A DNA stretch of 64,000 bases, taken from contig JAWLHK010000016.1 of NCBI GenBank assembly GCA_041690355.1, forward strand, positions 1 through 64,000, read 5' to 3'. Shown one piece after another: positions 49,307 to 59,592 of the stretch; positions within the stretch are counted from its first letter, which is position 1, and each line of letters starts with the position of its first letter. Made by a program: the position numbers and the translations under genes. The notes under the pieces are model-generated. The model saw only the letters and a program-made list of their open reading frames with translations, made no database searches and had not been told where the DNA came from. The DNA is from a bacterium (lineage in GTDB: Bacteria > J088 > JAWLBW01).

Positions 49307-51826
49307 ATGACGCCCGCGCAACTTCCCGCCTCAAACCAGCCGCCCCTTTCGCCGGGCTCCATGCTGAGCGAGAGACTGCCGCTGATCTGCTTCGGCGTCG
49401 CGGCCATGTTCGTACTCTACATGGGTGGCCTGGTGCTCGCCGGTACGCGCACCTCGACGCTGGCGACGGCCTTCGCCCTGGCGAGCCTGCTCGGACTGCT
49501 CGCGGCGGGATTTCTCCTGCGCCGGAGGCCGGTTCCGGCCCATCTTGCCGAGCCCGCGGCGGTACTCGTCGCGAGCCTGACCATCGCCGACACGGCGCTG
49601 CGTCTTTCGCTCGAAGGCCGCGCCCAGGAAAGCGTCTTTCTCATTCTCGTGCTGCTCGCCGGGGCGATGCTTCTGCACACGATTCGCTGGTACGGCCTGC
49701 TGGCCGTGATCACCGGCGCCGCCTGGCTCGCCGCCGCGGGCGACCGCGCGTTCGGTCCCTGGATCGAGTACGGCCTCGGCATCCTTCAGACCGCGCTTCT
49801 CGGAGGTATCGTGCTCAGCACGCGCCGGGAGCTGTTCGCCCGCCAGGAGCGCGTCTATCAGGAGGCGGTTGCGCTCAATCTGCGCCTCGAGCGCAATCTG
49901 CGGAACACGGAAGAAAGCTTCCGCCGCATGAGCGAGAACATTCCCGACATCGTTTTCCGCTACCGCGTAAAGCCCGTCGCCGGCCACGAGTACATCAGCG
50001 CGGCGGTGCAGGACATTCTCGGCTACGCTCCGGAGGAATTCTACGCCGACCCCGACCTCGGCTTCCGGGTCGTCGAAGAGCAGGACATGCAGGATTTCAT
50101 CAACCACTCGGGCAGTTACCTGAAGGGACAGGTGGCTATCCTGCGCTGCCGCGCGCGCGACGGTTCCATCCGCTGGCTCGAACAGCGCACCGTGCCCTTG
50201 ATGGACGAGCACGGCGAGATGGTCGCCGTGGAAGGGATCAGCCGCGATATTACGGAACAGCAGCGGGCGCGGCGGGAGCTTCTGCAGAGCCGCGAACAGT
50301 TGGCCATGGCCCTCACGGGCGCGCGCATGGGGCACTGGGAGTGGGACATGCGCACCGGCCGCGTCGTCTGGGACGAGCAGGTCGCAGAGCTGTTCGGCGT
50401 CGCGCTCGCCGACTTTCAGGGAACTTTCGAACATTTCGGGACGTTCATCCATCCTGAGGATCAGGCGCGCATGGAACAGGCCCTAAACGCCGCCATCGAT
50501 GAGCGAGAGCCGTTTGTCGTCGAACATCGGGTCCTCTGGCCCGACGGCACGACTCACTGGGTACGCGGCCAGGGGCGGGTCGTGCGGGATGCCGCGGGCC
50601 AGGCCATTCAGTTGCTGGGAATCTGCCAGGATATCACCGAGCGCAAAAGAATCGAGCAGAAGCTGGTAGAAGCGAGAGATCGCGCCGAAGACGCCAACCG
50701 GCTCAAGGACGCCATCCTGGCCAACATGAGTCACGAGATACGCACGCCGATGACGGCCGTGCTCGGTTTCGCCGAGATCCTGACCAACCGCCTGCAGGGA
50801 GATGAGCTGCGCTACGCCCAGATCATTCACGACGGCGGCAGCCGCCTGCTGCATCTGCTCGACAGCATTATCGACCTGGCGCGCATCGAGGCCAACCGCA
50901 TGGTGCTGCAGCCCGAAGCGCACGACCCGATCACGTCGGCCAGCCGGGTGGTCGATCTGATGCGGGCGACGGCGCAGAAGAAGGGATTGACGCTCGAACT
51001 GGAATCGGCCGAGCGGCTGCGCGTCGAAACCGATCCGCGTAGAGAAGAACAGATTCTGACGAACATCGTCAACAACGCGATCCGCTTCACCGAAACGGGC
51101 CGCATTTCGGTGCGGCTCGAATCCTTGATGTGGCGCGGCGGCCCGGCCGTGCAGTTCACCGTGCAGGACACGGGCCCCGGCATCAGCGCCGAGTTTCTTC
51201 CGCACGTCTTCGAGGAGTTTCGCCAGGAGTCGCAGGGCTTCAACCGCAAGTACGAGGGGAGCGGGCTGGGCCTGTCGATCAGCCGCCGTCTGGCCGAGAT
51301 GATGGACGGCGAGATCGTCATCGAGAGCCGGCAGGGCGAGGGTACGACCGTGCGCATCCGGTTTCCGGCTGCTCGCGCGAACGCCGCCGCGGCTCCCGAA
51401 GGAGACGAGCTGCGCCAGCCGCGTCCCCGCTCGACCTTTCGCGCGGGGCTGCAGGTGCTCGTGGTCGACGACGACGCTGAAAGCGAGAAGCTGGTGCCCG
51501 GGCTGCTCGACGGCCTGGCCGAAGTCGAAACGGCGGCCACGGCCGACGAAGCGCTCGACAAGGCGGCTGTAAAGCCCTACGACGCGGTCCTGATGGACAT
51601 TCACCTGGCGGGCAGCCGGATGAACGGCATCGAGGCCATGCAGGCATTGAAGAAGGCGAGCCCCCTGCCGATCGTCTTCGCCGTGACCGCCTTCGCCATG
51701 AAGGGCGATCGCGAGCGCCTGCTGGCCCACGGGTTCGATGGGTATCTCGCCAAGCCCTTCAGCGGCGCCGACCTGGACGAACTGCTCTGCGGCTTTTTCC
51801 CCCCTGAAGCCCCCGCCAAAGGCTGA
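49307..51826 (+). CDS. hybrid sensor histidine kinase (TM region, 2 PAS, HisKA, HATPase, REC)
   Basis: MSHEIRTPM, NIVNNA, DTGPGI, GSGLGL, LMDI...KP. Confidence 0.93.
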   Translation: MTPAQLPASNQPPLSPGSMLSERLPLICFGVAAMFVLYMGGLVLAGTRTSTLATAFALASLLGLLAAGFLLRRRPVPAHLAEPAAVLVASLTIADTALRLSLEGRAQESVFLILVLLAGAMLLHTIRWYGLLAVITGAAWLAAAGDRAFGPWIEYGLGILQTALLGGIVLSTRRELFARQERVYQEAVALNLRLERNLRNTEESFRRMSENIPDIVFRYRVKPVAGHEYISAAVQDILGYAPEEFYADPDLGFRVVEEQDMQDFINHSGSYLKGQVAILRCRARDGSIRWLEQRTVPLMDEHGEMVAVEGISRDITEQQRARRELLQSREQLAMALTGARMGHWEWDMRTGRVVWDEQVAELFGVALADFQGTFEHFGTFIHPEDQARMEQALNAAIDEREPFVVEHRVLWPDGTTHWVRGQGRVVRDAAGQAIQLLGICQDITERKRIEQKLVEARDRAEDANRLKDAILANMSHEIRTPMTAVLGFAEILTNRLQGDELRYAQIIHDGGSRLLHLLDSIIDLARIEANRMVLQPEAHDPITSASRVVDLMRATAQKKGLTLELESAERLRVETDPRREEQILTNIVNNAIRFTETGRISVRLESLMWRGGPAVQFTVQDTGPGISAEFLPHVFEEFRQESQGFNRKYEGSGLGLSISRRLAEMMDGEIVIESRQGEGTTVRIRFPAARANAAAAPEGDELRQPRPRSTFRAGLQVLVVDDDAESEKLVPGLLDGLAEVETAATADEALDKAAVKPYDAVLMDIHLAGSRMNGIEAMQALKKASPLPIVFAVTAFAMKGDRERLLAHGFDGYLAKPFSGADLDELLCGFFPPEAPAKG

Positions 51827-51838
51827 CCGCCGCCGGCC

Positions 51839-53392
51839 TCAGCGGCCGGATTCGGCGTGCACGAGCAGCGATCGGCCCGTCATTTCCGATGGGGCCGGAA
51901 TCCCGAGCAGATCGAGCACGGTGGGCGCCACGTCGGCGAGAATGCCATCCCTCAGGCCGGTCTGCCGCACCCGTTCTCCGGCCAGGATGAAGTGGACCAG
52001 ATTCGTCGTGTGCGCCGTGAACGGACCGTGAGTATGCGGATCGACCATCTGCTCGGAGTTGCCGTGATCGGCGGTGACGAGCAGCACCCCGTCCTGATCG
52101 CAAACCGCTTCCCACAGCCGCCCCATGCAGCGATCGACCGCTTCGGCAGCCTGGATGGCGGCTTCGAGGTTCCCCGTATGGCCCACCATGTCGTGGTTCG
52201 CATAGTTGACGAGGACGAAGTCGTAGCGGCCGCTGCGCACGGCGTCGACGAGCTTGTCGGTCACCTCGTAGGCGCTCATCTCGGGCTTCTGGTCGTAGGT
52301 CGCGACCTCCTTCGGCGACGGCACGAGACAGCGGTCCTCTCCCGGATACTCAATCTCGCGGCCGCCGTTGAAGAAGAAGGTGATGTGCGCATACTTCTCG
52401 GTCTCGGCGATGCGGAACTGGGTCAGCTGATGCTGCGCCAGAATTTCCGGGAGGATGTTCGTCAGGCCCTGCGGCGGATACGCAACCGGAAACGGATAGT
52501 TCTTGTCGTAGGCGGTCATCATCGTATATCGCGCCGGCGGCGTGTAGTGCGGACGTGGGAAGCCGTCGAAGTCCGGCGAGCCGACGGCCAGCGTGATTTC
52601 GCGGGCGCGGTCGGGGCGGAAGTTGAAGCAGATGACCGAGTCGCGCGGGCCGATGACGCCGACCGGTTTGCCCTCGCGGACGAGGATGCGCGGCTGGATG
52701 AACTCGTCGGTCTCGCCGGCGGCGTAGGCCTCGTCCGTGGCCGCCACCGGATCGCTCACGGCCTTGCCTTCGCCTTGGGTCAAGGCGCGGAAGGCTTTCT
52801 CGACGCGGTCCCAGCGCCTGTCGCGGTCCATGGCAAAATAGCGACCGGTAATGGATGCGATTTCGCCGAGGCCAAGCTTCCGCATGTCCTCGACCAGCGC
52901 GGCCAGGTAGCCCTTGCCCGAGGTCGGCGGCGTGTCGCGGCCGTCGGTGAAGGCGTGGACGTAGACGCGTTCGACCCCCTGGCGCCGCGCCAGTTCGATG
53001 AGTGCGCGCACGTGCTCGACATGGCTGTGCACGCCGCCGTCGGAGACGAGGCCCATGAGGTGGACGGCGGATTCGCGCCCGGCTTCCATGGCCTGCACCA
53101 GCGCCGGATTGTCGAAGAAATCGCCCTCGCGGATGGCCTTCGAGATCCGCGTGAAGTCCTGGTAGACGATGCGGCCGGCGCCGAGGTTGGTGTGCCCTAC
53201 CTCGGAGTTACCCATCTGGCCCCCGGGCAGGCCGACCGCTTCGCCCGATCCGTCAAGGCGGCTGTGCGGGAAATCGCGCAGAAGCATGTCGGTCACCGGC
53301 GTTTTCGCCAAGGCAACCGCATTCCCCTCCTTCGTGTTGGAGATGCCCCACCCGTCGAGCACACACAGGACGATCGGCTTCTTCGTCGACAT
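51839..53392 (-). CDS. gpmI: 2,3-BPG-independent phosphoglycerate mutase
   Basis: LDGWG, GQMGNSEVGH, DGRD, AETEKYAH, DMVGHTG, ADHGN. Confidence 0.97.
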   Translation of the reverse strand: MSTKKPIVLCVLDGWGISNTKEGNAVALAKTPVTDMLLRDFPHSRLDGSGEAVGLPGGQMGNSEVGHTNLGAGRIVYQDFTRISKAIREGDFFDNPALVQAMEAGRESAVHLMGLVSDGGVHSHVEHVRALIELARRQGVERVYVHAFTDGRDTPPTSGKGYLAALVEDMRKLGLGEIASITGRYFAMDRDRRWDRVEKAFRALTQGEGKAVSDPVAATDEAYAAGETDEFIQPRILVREGKPVGVIGPRDSVICFNFRPDRAREITLAVGSPDFDGFPRPHYTPPARYTMMTAYDKNYPFPVAYPPQGLTNILPEILAQHQLTQFRIAETEKYAHITFFFNGGREIEYPGEDRCLVPSPKEVATYDQKPEMSAYEVTDKLVDAVRSGRYDFVLVNYANHDMVGHTGNLEAAIQAAEAVDRCMGRLWEAVCDQDGVLLVTADHGNSEQMVDPHTHGPFTAHTTNLVHFILAGERVRQTGLRDGILADVAPTVLDLLGIPAPSEMTGRSLLVHAESGR

Positions 53393-53406
53393 ACTACGCA
53401 CCGTTC

Positions 53407-53871
53407 TCAATCATTGTGATAAGGTTCGCCGTGCAGAATCGAGTCTGCACGGTAGAGTTGTTCGGCCACGAGCAGGGGAACCAGCGGGTGGGCGAACGTA
53501 AGCGGCGAGAGGCTCCAGGTCCACTGCGCCGCCGCGAGCACCGCTTCGCTGTGCCCGTAGGGGCCGCCCACGGCGAAGACGACGTCACGCACGCCGCCGT
53601 CGACCCACTTGCGCAGCCGATCGGACAACTGCCGGCTGGTCACCTGCCGGCCATGTTCGTCGAGGGCGACCAGAAAAGTGCCGGCACTCTGCTCGAGGAT
53701 GCGCGCCCCCTCGCGCGCAGACAGCTCTGCCGGCGGGCGCGAACCGGTCTCCTTGCGCACCTCGGTCCAGCTTACCTCATAGCGGCGCCGCAGGCGGCCC
53801 AGGTACTCTTCGACGTTGGCGCGCAAGGCCTGATCGCGCAGCTTACCGACGGTAACCAGCCTCAGGCGCAC
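53407..53871 (-). CDS. rlmH: 23S rRNA (pseudouridine1915-N3)-methyltransferase
   Basis: VGK, LDEHG, GGPYG, SLSPLTFAH, EQLYRA...PYH. Confidence 0.95.
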   Translation of the reverse strand: MRLRLVTVGKLRDQALRANVEEYLGRLRRRYEVSWTEVRKETGSRPPAELSAREGARILEQSAGTFLVALDEHGRQVTSRQLSDRLRKWVDGGVRDVVFAVGGPYGHSEAVLAAAQWTWSLSPLTFAHPLVPLLVAEQLYRADSILHGEPYHND

Positions 53872-54241
53872 GGTCGACCGCGGTCGCGGTGAATTCGGGA
53901 AGATCGGGGATGTAGCGCGGGGCGTCGAGCCACAGGCGTTCCAGATCGTAGTATTCGCGCACCGGCTTGTGAAAGACGTGCACGACGACGTCGCCGGCGT
54001 CGATGAGCACCCAGCGCCCTTCGTTGGCCCCCTCCATGCCGAGCGGCTTCTCGCCGGCCTTGCGCAGCGCTTCGTCGATCGCGTCGGCGACCGACTTCAC
54101 ATGCCGGTCTGAGGACCCGCTGAGAATGACCACGTAGTCGGCCAGATCGGTGAGAGCTTCGGTCTGAAAGATGACGGGATCGAGCGCCTTCTTGTCCAAG
54201 GCGGCGCGAACCAGATGACGGACTTTTTCCTGCGACTCCAA
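53843..54241 (-). CDS. rsfS: ribosome silencing factor
   Basis: DKKA, WVLIDAGDVVVHVF...REYYDLERLW; TTG start after AGGAG. Confidence 0.95.
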   Translation of the reverse strand: MESQEKVRHLVRAALDKKALDPVIFQTEALTDLADYVVILSGSSDRHVKSVADAIDEALRKAGEKPLGMEGANEGRWVLIDAGDVVVHVFHKPVREYYDLERLWLDAPRYIPDLPEFTATAVDRAPEAGYRR

Positions 54242-54248
54242 GTGCGGA

Positions 54249-54917
54249 TTACTCCTGTTCGGGAGGCGGGTTCCGGTACAGCCCCCGCGCATGAATATAT
54301 TCGGCTACGGACGGCGGCATGAGGTACCGCAGCGACCGCCCCGCAGCCGCTCGCTCACGCAGGATCGTGCTCGAAATATCGAGCACCGGCGTGCTGGCGA
54401 GAAAGACTTCGCGGCCGCTCGGGAACCGGAATCGCTCCCCTGATCGATCATAGCAAATCGGCTCGGGGGCATCAATTCCAAAAACCGCAGGCAAATCGGA
54501 TACTTGTCCACCCTGTCGGCGGCCCACGAAGAGATGCGCCGTGCGCGCGATGTCGCGCCACCGCTTCCACTTGGGAAAACCCACCCACGCATCATGCCCG
54601 AGAATGAGCACGAATTCGTCTCCCGGGCGGCGGCCGCGCAGGTACTCGAGGGTGTCGACGGTGAACGAGGGCCCCTTGCGTTCAAGTTCGAACATCTCGA
54701 CGGCGACGTCGGTGCGATCCTCGAGCGCAAGACGCAGCATGGCGAGCCGGTCTTCTGCCGCGGTCGACGTCACGCCGACCTTGAACGGAGAAACCCCGGC
54801 AGGCGCGAACAGCAGCTCGTCGAGCGGCCAGGCCTCACGCGCCTCTTCGGCGAGGCGCAGGTGTCCGTAGTGGATCGGATCGAAGCTGCCGCCGAGAATG
54901 CCGACCCGTCTGCCCAC
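54249..54917 (-). CDS. nadD: nicotinate-nucleotide adenylyltransferase
   Basis: GGSFDPIHYGH, SFTVDTL, ISST. Confidence 0.95.
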   Translation of the reverse strand: MGRRVGILGGSFDPIHYGHLRLAEEAREAWPLDELLFAPAGVSPFKVGVTSTAAEDRLAMLRLALEDRTDVAVEMFELERKGPSFTVDTLEYLRGRRPGDEFVLILGHDAWVGFPKWKRWRDIARTAHLFVGRRQGGQVSDLPAVFGIDAPEPICYDRSGERFRFPSGREVFLASTPVLDISSTILRERAAAGRSLRYLMPPSVAEYIHARGLYRNPPPEQE

Positions 54918-54923
54918 GCGGCG

Positions 54924-56189
54924 TCAGCCCCGGACCTGCCCGTTGCCATAGACGATGAACTTCTGGGTCGTCAGCTCGCGCAGGCCCATCGGTCCGAAGG
55001 CGTGCAGTTTGGTCGTGCTGATCCCCATCTCGGCGCCCAGGCCGAGTTGACCGCCATCGTTGAAGCGGGTCGAGGCGTTGATGAGCACGCAGCTCGAGTC
55101 GACCTCGCGCAGAAAGCGCTGGCTGTTCTCGTAGTCGCGCGTGATGATTGTCTCGGTGTGCTGCGACCCGTACTGCGCGATGTGGTCGAGTGCGGCATCG
55201 AGGCCGTCGACGACGCGCACGGAGAGGATCAGGTCCAGATACTCGGTCTTCCAGTCCTCCTCGGTCGCCGGCTTCGCGCGGGAAATCAGCCGGCAGACCG
55301 TTTCGTCGCCGCGCAGCTCGACCTGGGGAACAGCTTTGTCCAGCAGCGGGAGAAAGGCCTCGGCGGCGTCGCGGTGCACGAGCAGCGTCTCGAGCGCATT
55401 GCAGACCCCGGGGCGCTGCGTCTTCGCGTTCTCGACGATGCGGCAGGCCATGTCGAGATCGCCCGAGGCGTCGACGAAAGCGTGGCAGATGCCGTTGTAA
55501 TGCTTGATGACGGGAACGCGCGCATTCTCGGCCACGAAGCGGATGAGCCCCTCGCCCCCGCGCGGGATGGCCAGATCGACGTAGCTTTCGAGCTTGAGCA
55601 GTTCGAGAATTCCCTGCCGATCGGTGAACGGGACGACCTGAACGGCGTCGCGCACGATCCCCGCCGCGGCGAGCGCGTCCTGGACGACGGCCGCGAGCGC
55701 CAGGTTCGAGCGGTGCGCTTCCGAACCTCCGCGCAGAATGCAGGCGTTGCCCGACTTCAGGCAGAGCGCGGCCGCGTCGATGGTGACGTTGGGGCGCGCC
55801 TCGTAGACCATGGCGATGACCCCGAGCGGGATGCGCACGCGGCCGACGAGCAGATCGTTCGGGCGGCGGCTCATGCCGGTCACCTCGCCGACGGGATCGG
55901 GCAGGGCGATGATTTCGCGCACGGCGCCGGCGATGCCCGCCAGCCGCTTTTCGTCGAGTTTGAGCCGGTCGAGCATCGCGCCGCTCAGCCCCTTGGCTTC
56001 GCCGTCCTTGAGATCCTCGGCGTTCGCACGCAGGATGTCATCCTTCTTTTCCAGCAGCGACTGCGCGATGCGTTCGAGCGCAGCGTTCTTGCGGGCGGTG
56101 TCGAGGCGGGCCACTTCGCGGGCGGCCTTGCGCGCACGCTTGCCGATTTCGAGCAGCGCGTCGGGAATATTCAGTTCGGTTGTCGCCAT
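54924..56189 (-). CDS. proA: glutamate-5-semialdehyde dehydrogenase
   Basis: YEARPNVT, GVCNALE, NASTRF.DG, GISTTKLHAFGPMGL. Confidence 0.97.
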   Translation of the reverse strand: MATTELNIPDALLEIGKRARKAAREVARLDTARKNAALERIAQSLLEKKDDILRANAEDLKDGEAKGLSGAMLDRLKLDEKRLAGIAGAVREIIALPDPVGEVTGMSRRPNDLLVGRVRIPLGVIAMVYEARPNVTIDAAALCLKSGNACILRGGSEAHRSNLALAAVVQDALAAAGIVRDAVQVVPFTDRQGILELLKLESYVDLAIPRGGEGLIRFVAENARVPVIKHYNGICHAFVDASGDLDMACRIVENAKTQRPGVCNALETLLVHRDAAEAFLPLLDKAVPQVELRGDETVCRLISRAKPATEEDWKTEYLDLILSVRVVDGLDAALDHIAQYGSQHTETIITRDYENSQRFLREVDSSCVLINASTRFNDGGQLGLGAEMGISTTKLHAFGPMGLRELTTQKFIVYGNGQVRG

Positions 56190-56251
56190 TGGCCAGCCTT
56201 CCTTCTTTGAACGGGCGCCGATTCAGGCCGCGCCCATTCAGGCGCGCCCGG

Positions 56252-57385
56252 TCAGGCGCGATCGAGCAGAACGAGATCGTCGCGGTGGATGATCACGTCC
56301 GTATACTTGTAACCGAGAACGGAATCGATGTCACTGGAGTTGCGCCCCAGAATCCGGCGCGTCTCGTCGGCGCTGTATTCCGTCAGGCCGCGCGCAAACT
56401 CCACACCGTCGGTATCGCAGACCGACACCGAGTCGCCGCGCCCGAACGCCCCCTCGGCCGCCACGACCCCCTTGGGCAGCAGGCTCTTGCCTCCTCTGCG
56501 GATGGCGGCCGCCGCCCCTGAGTCAACCCGGATGCGGCCGGCGGGCTTCAGCGTGAAGGCGATCCAGTGCTTGCGGCTTGCGAGCCGATCGGCCGCGGGG
56601 CGAAACAGGGTGCCGACATCTTCGCCGCCGAGAATGCGCCCGAGAGCGCCGGGTTCTCGCCCGTCGGCAATCACGGTGGGGATCCCGACCGCGCCGGCTT
56701 TGCGGGCGGCTTCGAGCTTGGTCACCATGCCACCCGTCCCCACGGAAGAGCCTTCGCCGCCGGCCGCCGCGAAGACGTCGGCGTCGATACGGTCGACGAC
56801 GGGAATCCGCTCCGCCGTGGCGTCGCGGCGCGGGTCGCGGTTGAAAAGGCCCGAGATGTCCGAGAGGATGACGAGCAGCTCGGCGTCGACGAGCGAGGCC
56901 ACGAGCGCCGAAAGATTGTCGTTGTCGCCGACCTTGATCTCCTCGACGACGACCGAGTCGTTCTCGTTGAGAATCGGCAGTACGCCGAGCTCGAACAGGG
57001 CCGAGAGCGTATTGCGGGCGTTGAGAAACCGCCTCCGGTTCGCCAGGTCGTCATGCGTGACGAGCAGCTGCGCCACCCGCACGCCGAGCGGCTGGAACCC
57101 CGCTTCGTAGGCGTGCATGAGCCGGCTCTGGCCGATGGCGGCGGCCGCCTGCTTCATGCGGATTTCCCGCGGCTTCGGAATGCCGAGCGAATTGACGCCG
57201 GCCGCAACGGCCCCCGACGTCACGAGCGTGACTTCGCAGCCGGTCTTGCGCACGGCCTCGATTTCGGCGGCGAGCCGATCGATGAACGCAGTATCCAGAC
57301 CTCTGCCGTTATCGGTCAGCAGGCTGCTGCCGACCTTGACCACCAGCCGGCGGACTTCCTGCAGGGGAGCGCGGGGATTCGACAT
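56252..57385 (-). CDS. proB: glutamate 5-kinase
   Basis: VKVGSS, NENDSV, GDNDNLSA, GTGGMVTK, C-terminal PUA domain. Confidence 0.97.
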   Translation of the reverse strand: MSNPRAPLQEVRRLVVKVGSSLLTDNGRGLDTAFIDRLAAEIEAVRKTGCEVTLVTSGAVAAGVNSLGIPKPREIRMKQAAAAIGQSRLMHAYEAGFQPLGVRVAQLLVTHDDLANRRRFLNARNTLSALFELGVLPILNENDSVVVEEIKVGDNDNLSALVASLVDAELLVILSDISGLFNRDPRRDATAERIPVVDRIDADVFAAAGGEGSSVGTGGMVTKLEAARKAGAVGIPTVIADGREPGALGRILGGEDVGTLFRPAADRLASRKHWIAFTLKPAGRIRVDSGAAAAIRRGGKSLLPKGVVAAEGAFGRGDSVSVCDTDGVEFARGLTEYSADETRRILGRNSSDIDSVLGYKYTDVIIHRDDLVLLDRA

Positions 57386-57491
57386 AAAAGGTACATTATA
57401 CCCGCCGCAGCGGCTTCCGGCATGCCCCCGGGTGATTGGCCGGGCGCCGGCCTGCCGCCTCGGGTAAGATGCTAGTTTACCCCCAAGCGTC

Positions 57492-58796
57492 ATGTCAGCC
57501 TTCAAAATCATTCGCGACCCGGTGCACGACATCATCGCCTTCGACGCCCGGCGCGACGGCCTGATTCTCGAGCTCATCAACGCGCCCGGCTTTCAGCGCC
57601 TGCGCAACATCCGGCAGCTCGGGTTGAGCTGGGTCGCTTTTCCCGGCGCCGAGCACAGCCGCTTCACGCATGCCCTGGGCGCCTGCCACCTCGCGAACCG
57701 GGTCCTTACGCATCTCGGACAGTCCTGGCGCATTGAGCCGCTCGACCGCATGGTGGCCCTCGTGGCCGCCCTGCTGCACGACGTCGGCCACGGCCCGTTC
57801 TCGCATCTTTATGAGAGCGTGTTCCCCAACGCCCGATCGCACGAGGCGTGGAGCGTCGACATCATCACGCATCCGGAGTCGGACGTGCACCGCGTACTGG
57901 CGGCCTGGGACCCGACGCTTCCCGATCGCGTGGCGGCCGTGCTGCAGAAGACCTACCGCCCGTTGTTCGTCAGCCAGCTCGTTTCGAGCCAGCTCGACGT
58001 CGACCGCTTCGACTACCTTCTGCGCGACAGCCGCATGACGGGTGCCCAGTACGGGCTCTTCGACATAGAGTGGATCATCAACGCCATGGTGCTCGCCGAC
58101 ATTCCCGTCGACGGAAAAACCGAGCGCTCCCTCGCGATCGACGCCACTCGGGGCCTTCATTCGGTGGAACAGCATCTGCTCGGGCGCCACTTCATGTACA
58201 AGCAGGTCTACTTTCACCCGACTTGCCGCGGAGCCGACATGCTGGCCCGCTCCATTTTCCACCGCCTCACGCAGATCGAACTTCCCGCCGGCGTTCCCCC
58301 CGGTCTGGCCGACGCGGCGGCGGGCAGGACGCCCGACCTCCGCGACTATCTGGAGTTGGATGACTTCGTCGTGCTGGGTCTGTTCAAGGAGTGGGGGCGC
58401 AAGGCGGCCGATCCGATCCTGCGCGATCTCTCGGGACGCCTGGTCGAGCGGCGCCTGTTCGATGTCGTCGACTGGAGCGGCCTCCCCCAGGCCGACCGCG
58501 AGGCACGCTTCGCGGCCGTCAGCCGCGCGGTGGCGGCGGCAGGCTTCGATACGGAGTATTACGCGCTCATGGACCACGCCCTGGACATCCCGTACAAAGA
58601 CAGCCCCTATCAGACCACGAAAGGCGTGCCGTCGACGGAAGAAATCTGGATCGTGCTCGACGGGGGGCTGCGCAGGCTTTCAGAAGTCTCTGACATGATG
58701 AGCGGCGTCGCCCGCAAGGCGGTCGCGAAAACTTATGCCTGCTTCCCCAAAGAGGCCCGGCAGCATGTAGATCGTGAACTCGCGACTCTTGCCTGA
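57492..58796 (+). CDS. HD-domain phosphohydrolase (SAMHD1/YwfO-like dNTPase family)
   Basis: RDPVH, FQRLR.IRQLG, HSRFTH.LG, LLHDVGHGPFSH, LDVDRFDYL.RD, YKQVYFH. Confidence 0.9.
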   Translation: MSAFKIIRDPVHDIIAFDARRDGLILELINAPGFQRLRNIRQLGLSWVAFPGAEHSRFTHALGACHLANRVLTHLGQSWRIEPLDRMVALVAALLHDVGHGPFSHLYESVFPNARSHEAWSVDIITHPESDVHRVLAAWDPTLPDRVAAVLQKTYRPLFVSQLVSSQLDVDRFDYLLRDSRMTGAQYGLFDIEWIINAMVLADIPVDGKTERSLAIDATRGLHSVEQHLLGRHFMYKQVYFHPTCRGADMLARSIFHRLTQIELPAGVPPGLADAAAGRTPDLRDYLELDDFVVLGLFKEWGRKAADPILRDLSGRLVERRLFDVVDWSGLPQADREARFAAVSRAVAAAGFDTEYYALMDHALDIPYKDSPYQTTKGVPSTEEIWIVLDGGLRRLSEVSDMMSGVARKAVAKTYACFPKEARQHVDRELATLA

Positions 58797-58892
58797 GCGT
58801 GATCCGGTTGGCGACGACAGTCTGCGCGCAGCGAGAACCGGCAGCGTGCGGTGGAAAGTCCTCCGCCCCTCCGGTTCCGCCTCAGCCCCGCC

Positions 58893-59417
58893 TCAGTTCC
58901 ACTTGCGCGCGCGTTCGGTGACGGTGCCCGTCGGGACCGAGGCGAAATCGGCGCGGAACTGTTTGAAGTTGAAGCGCTCGATGATGACTTCGTAGTCCCC
59001 CGCGTCGACGTGCACGAACCCGGGCAGAAATCCCTCGACCCAGTCGGGCAGGGCCAGGAGCGCCTCACGAAGGGCCTGCAGATCGCCCTGAAGGTTCCCC
59101 AACTCGCGCCGCGCGACTTCGCTCAGGGGCGGGGCCTCGCGGACGGCATCGGAGCCGGGGGTTTCGGCGAGCAGGACCCGCGCGGAGAAAATCTGGCTGT
59201 CAAACGTGATTTGAACCTGCCCGATCCGCTGCGCCTCCCACGGATAGGTGCGCTGAGCCGCGTCGCGCAGAGCCGATCGTCGTGACGCGCTATCCAGATC
59301 GTCAAAGAGTCCTTGTTCCCGCAACTTAAGCTCGATCTGCCGACACAGCGCGTCATAGCCGGCCGGGGTCATGCGGTAAAGGTCGATGGCAAAAAGAGAC
59401 AGTGGTTTCGCTGGCAT
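58893..59417 (-). CDS. hypothetical protein
   Basis: Coding-like composition; upstream TTGACA-17-TATCTA; no recognisable motif. Confidence 0.6.
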   Translation of the reverse strand: MPAKPLSLFAIDLYRMTPAGYDALCRQIELKLREQGLFDDLDSASRRSALRDAAQRTYPWEAQRIGQVQITFDSQIFSARVLLAETPGSDAVREAPPLSEVARRELGNLQGDLQALREALLALPDWVEGFLPGFVHVDAGDYEVIIERFNFKQFRADFASVPTGTVTERARKWN

Positions 59418-59592
59418 GCACCCATAGATAGCACGAGCCCCCCTGCTTGTCAATATGGTAAAAAATGCCCCAACCGGCAGCCGACGAAGCATTTCAAGGG
59501 GGTAGGACCCAGCGGCAAGACGCCTTGCCCGGCGGGCGCTTTACATGCTTAAATAAACCGACGTTTGCCTACCCTTCGGTCAGGAGCTCCCC

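Noticed and set aside
49171-51826. tRNA-anchored genomic island
   Set aside because: No integrase, no duplicated tRNA 3' end seen, and composition matches the host.
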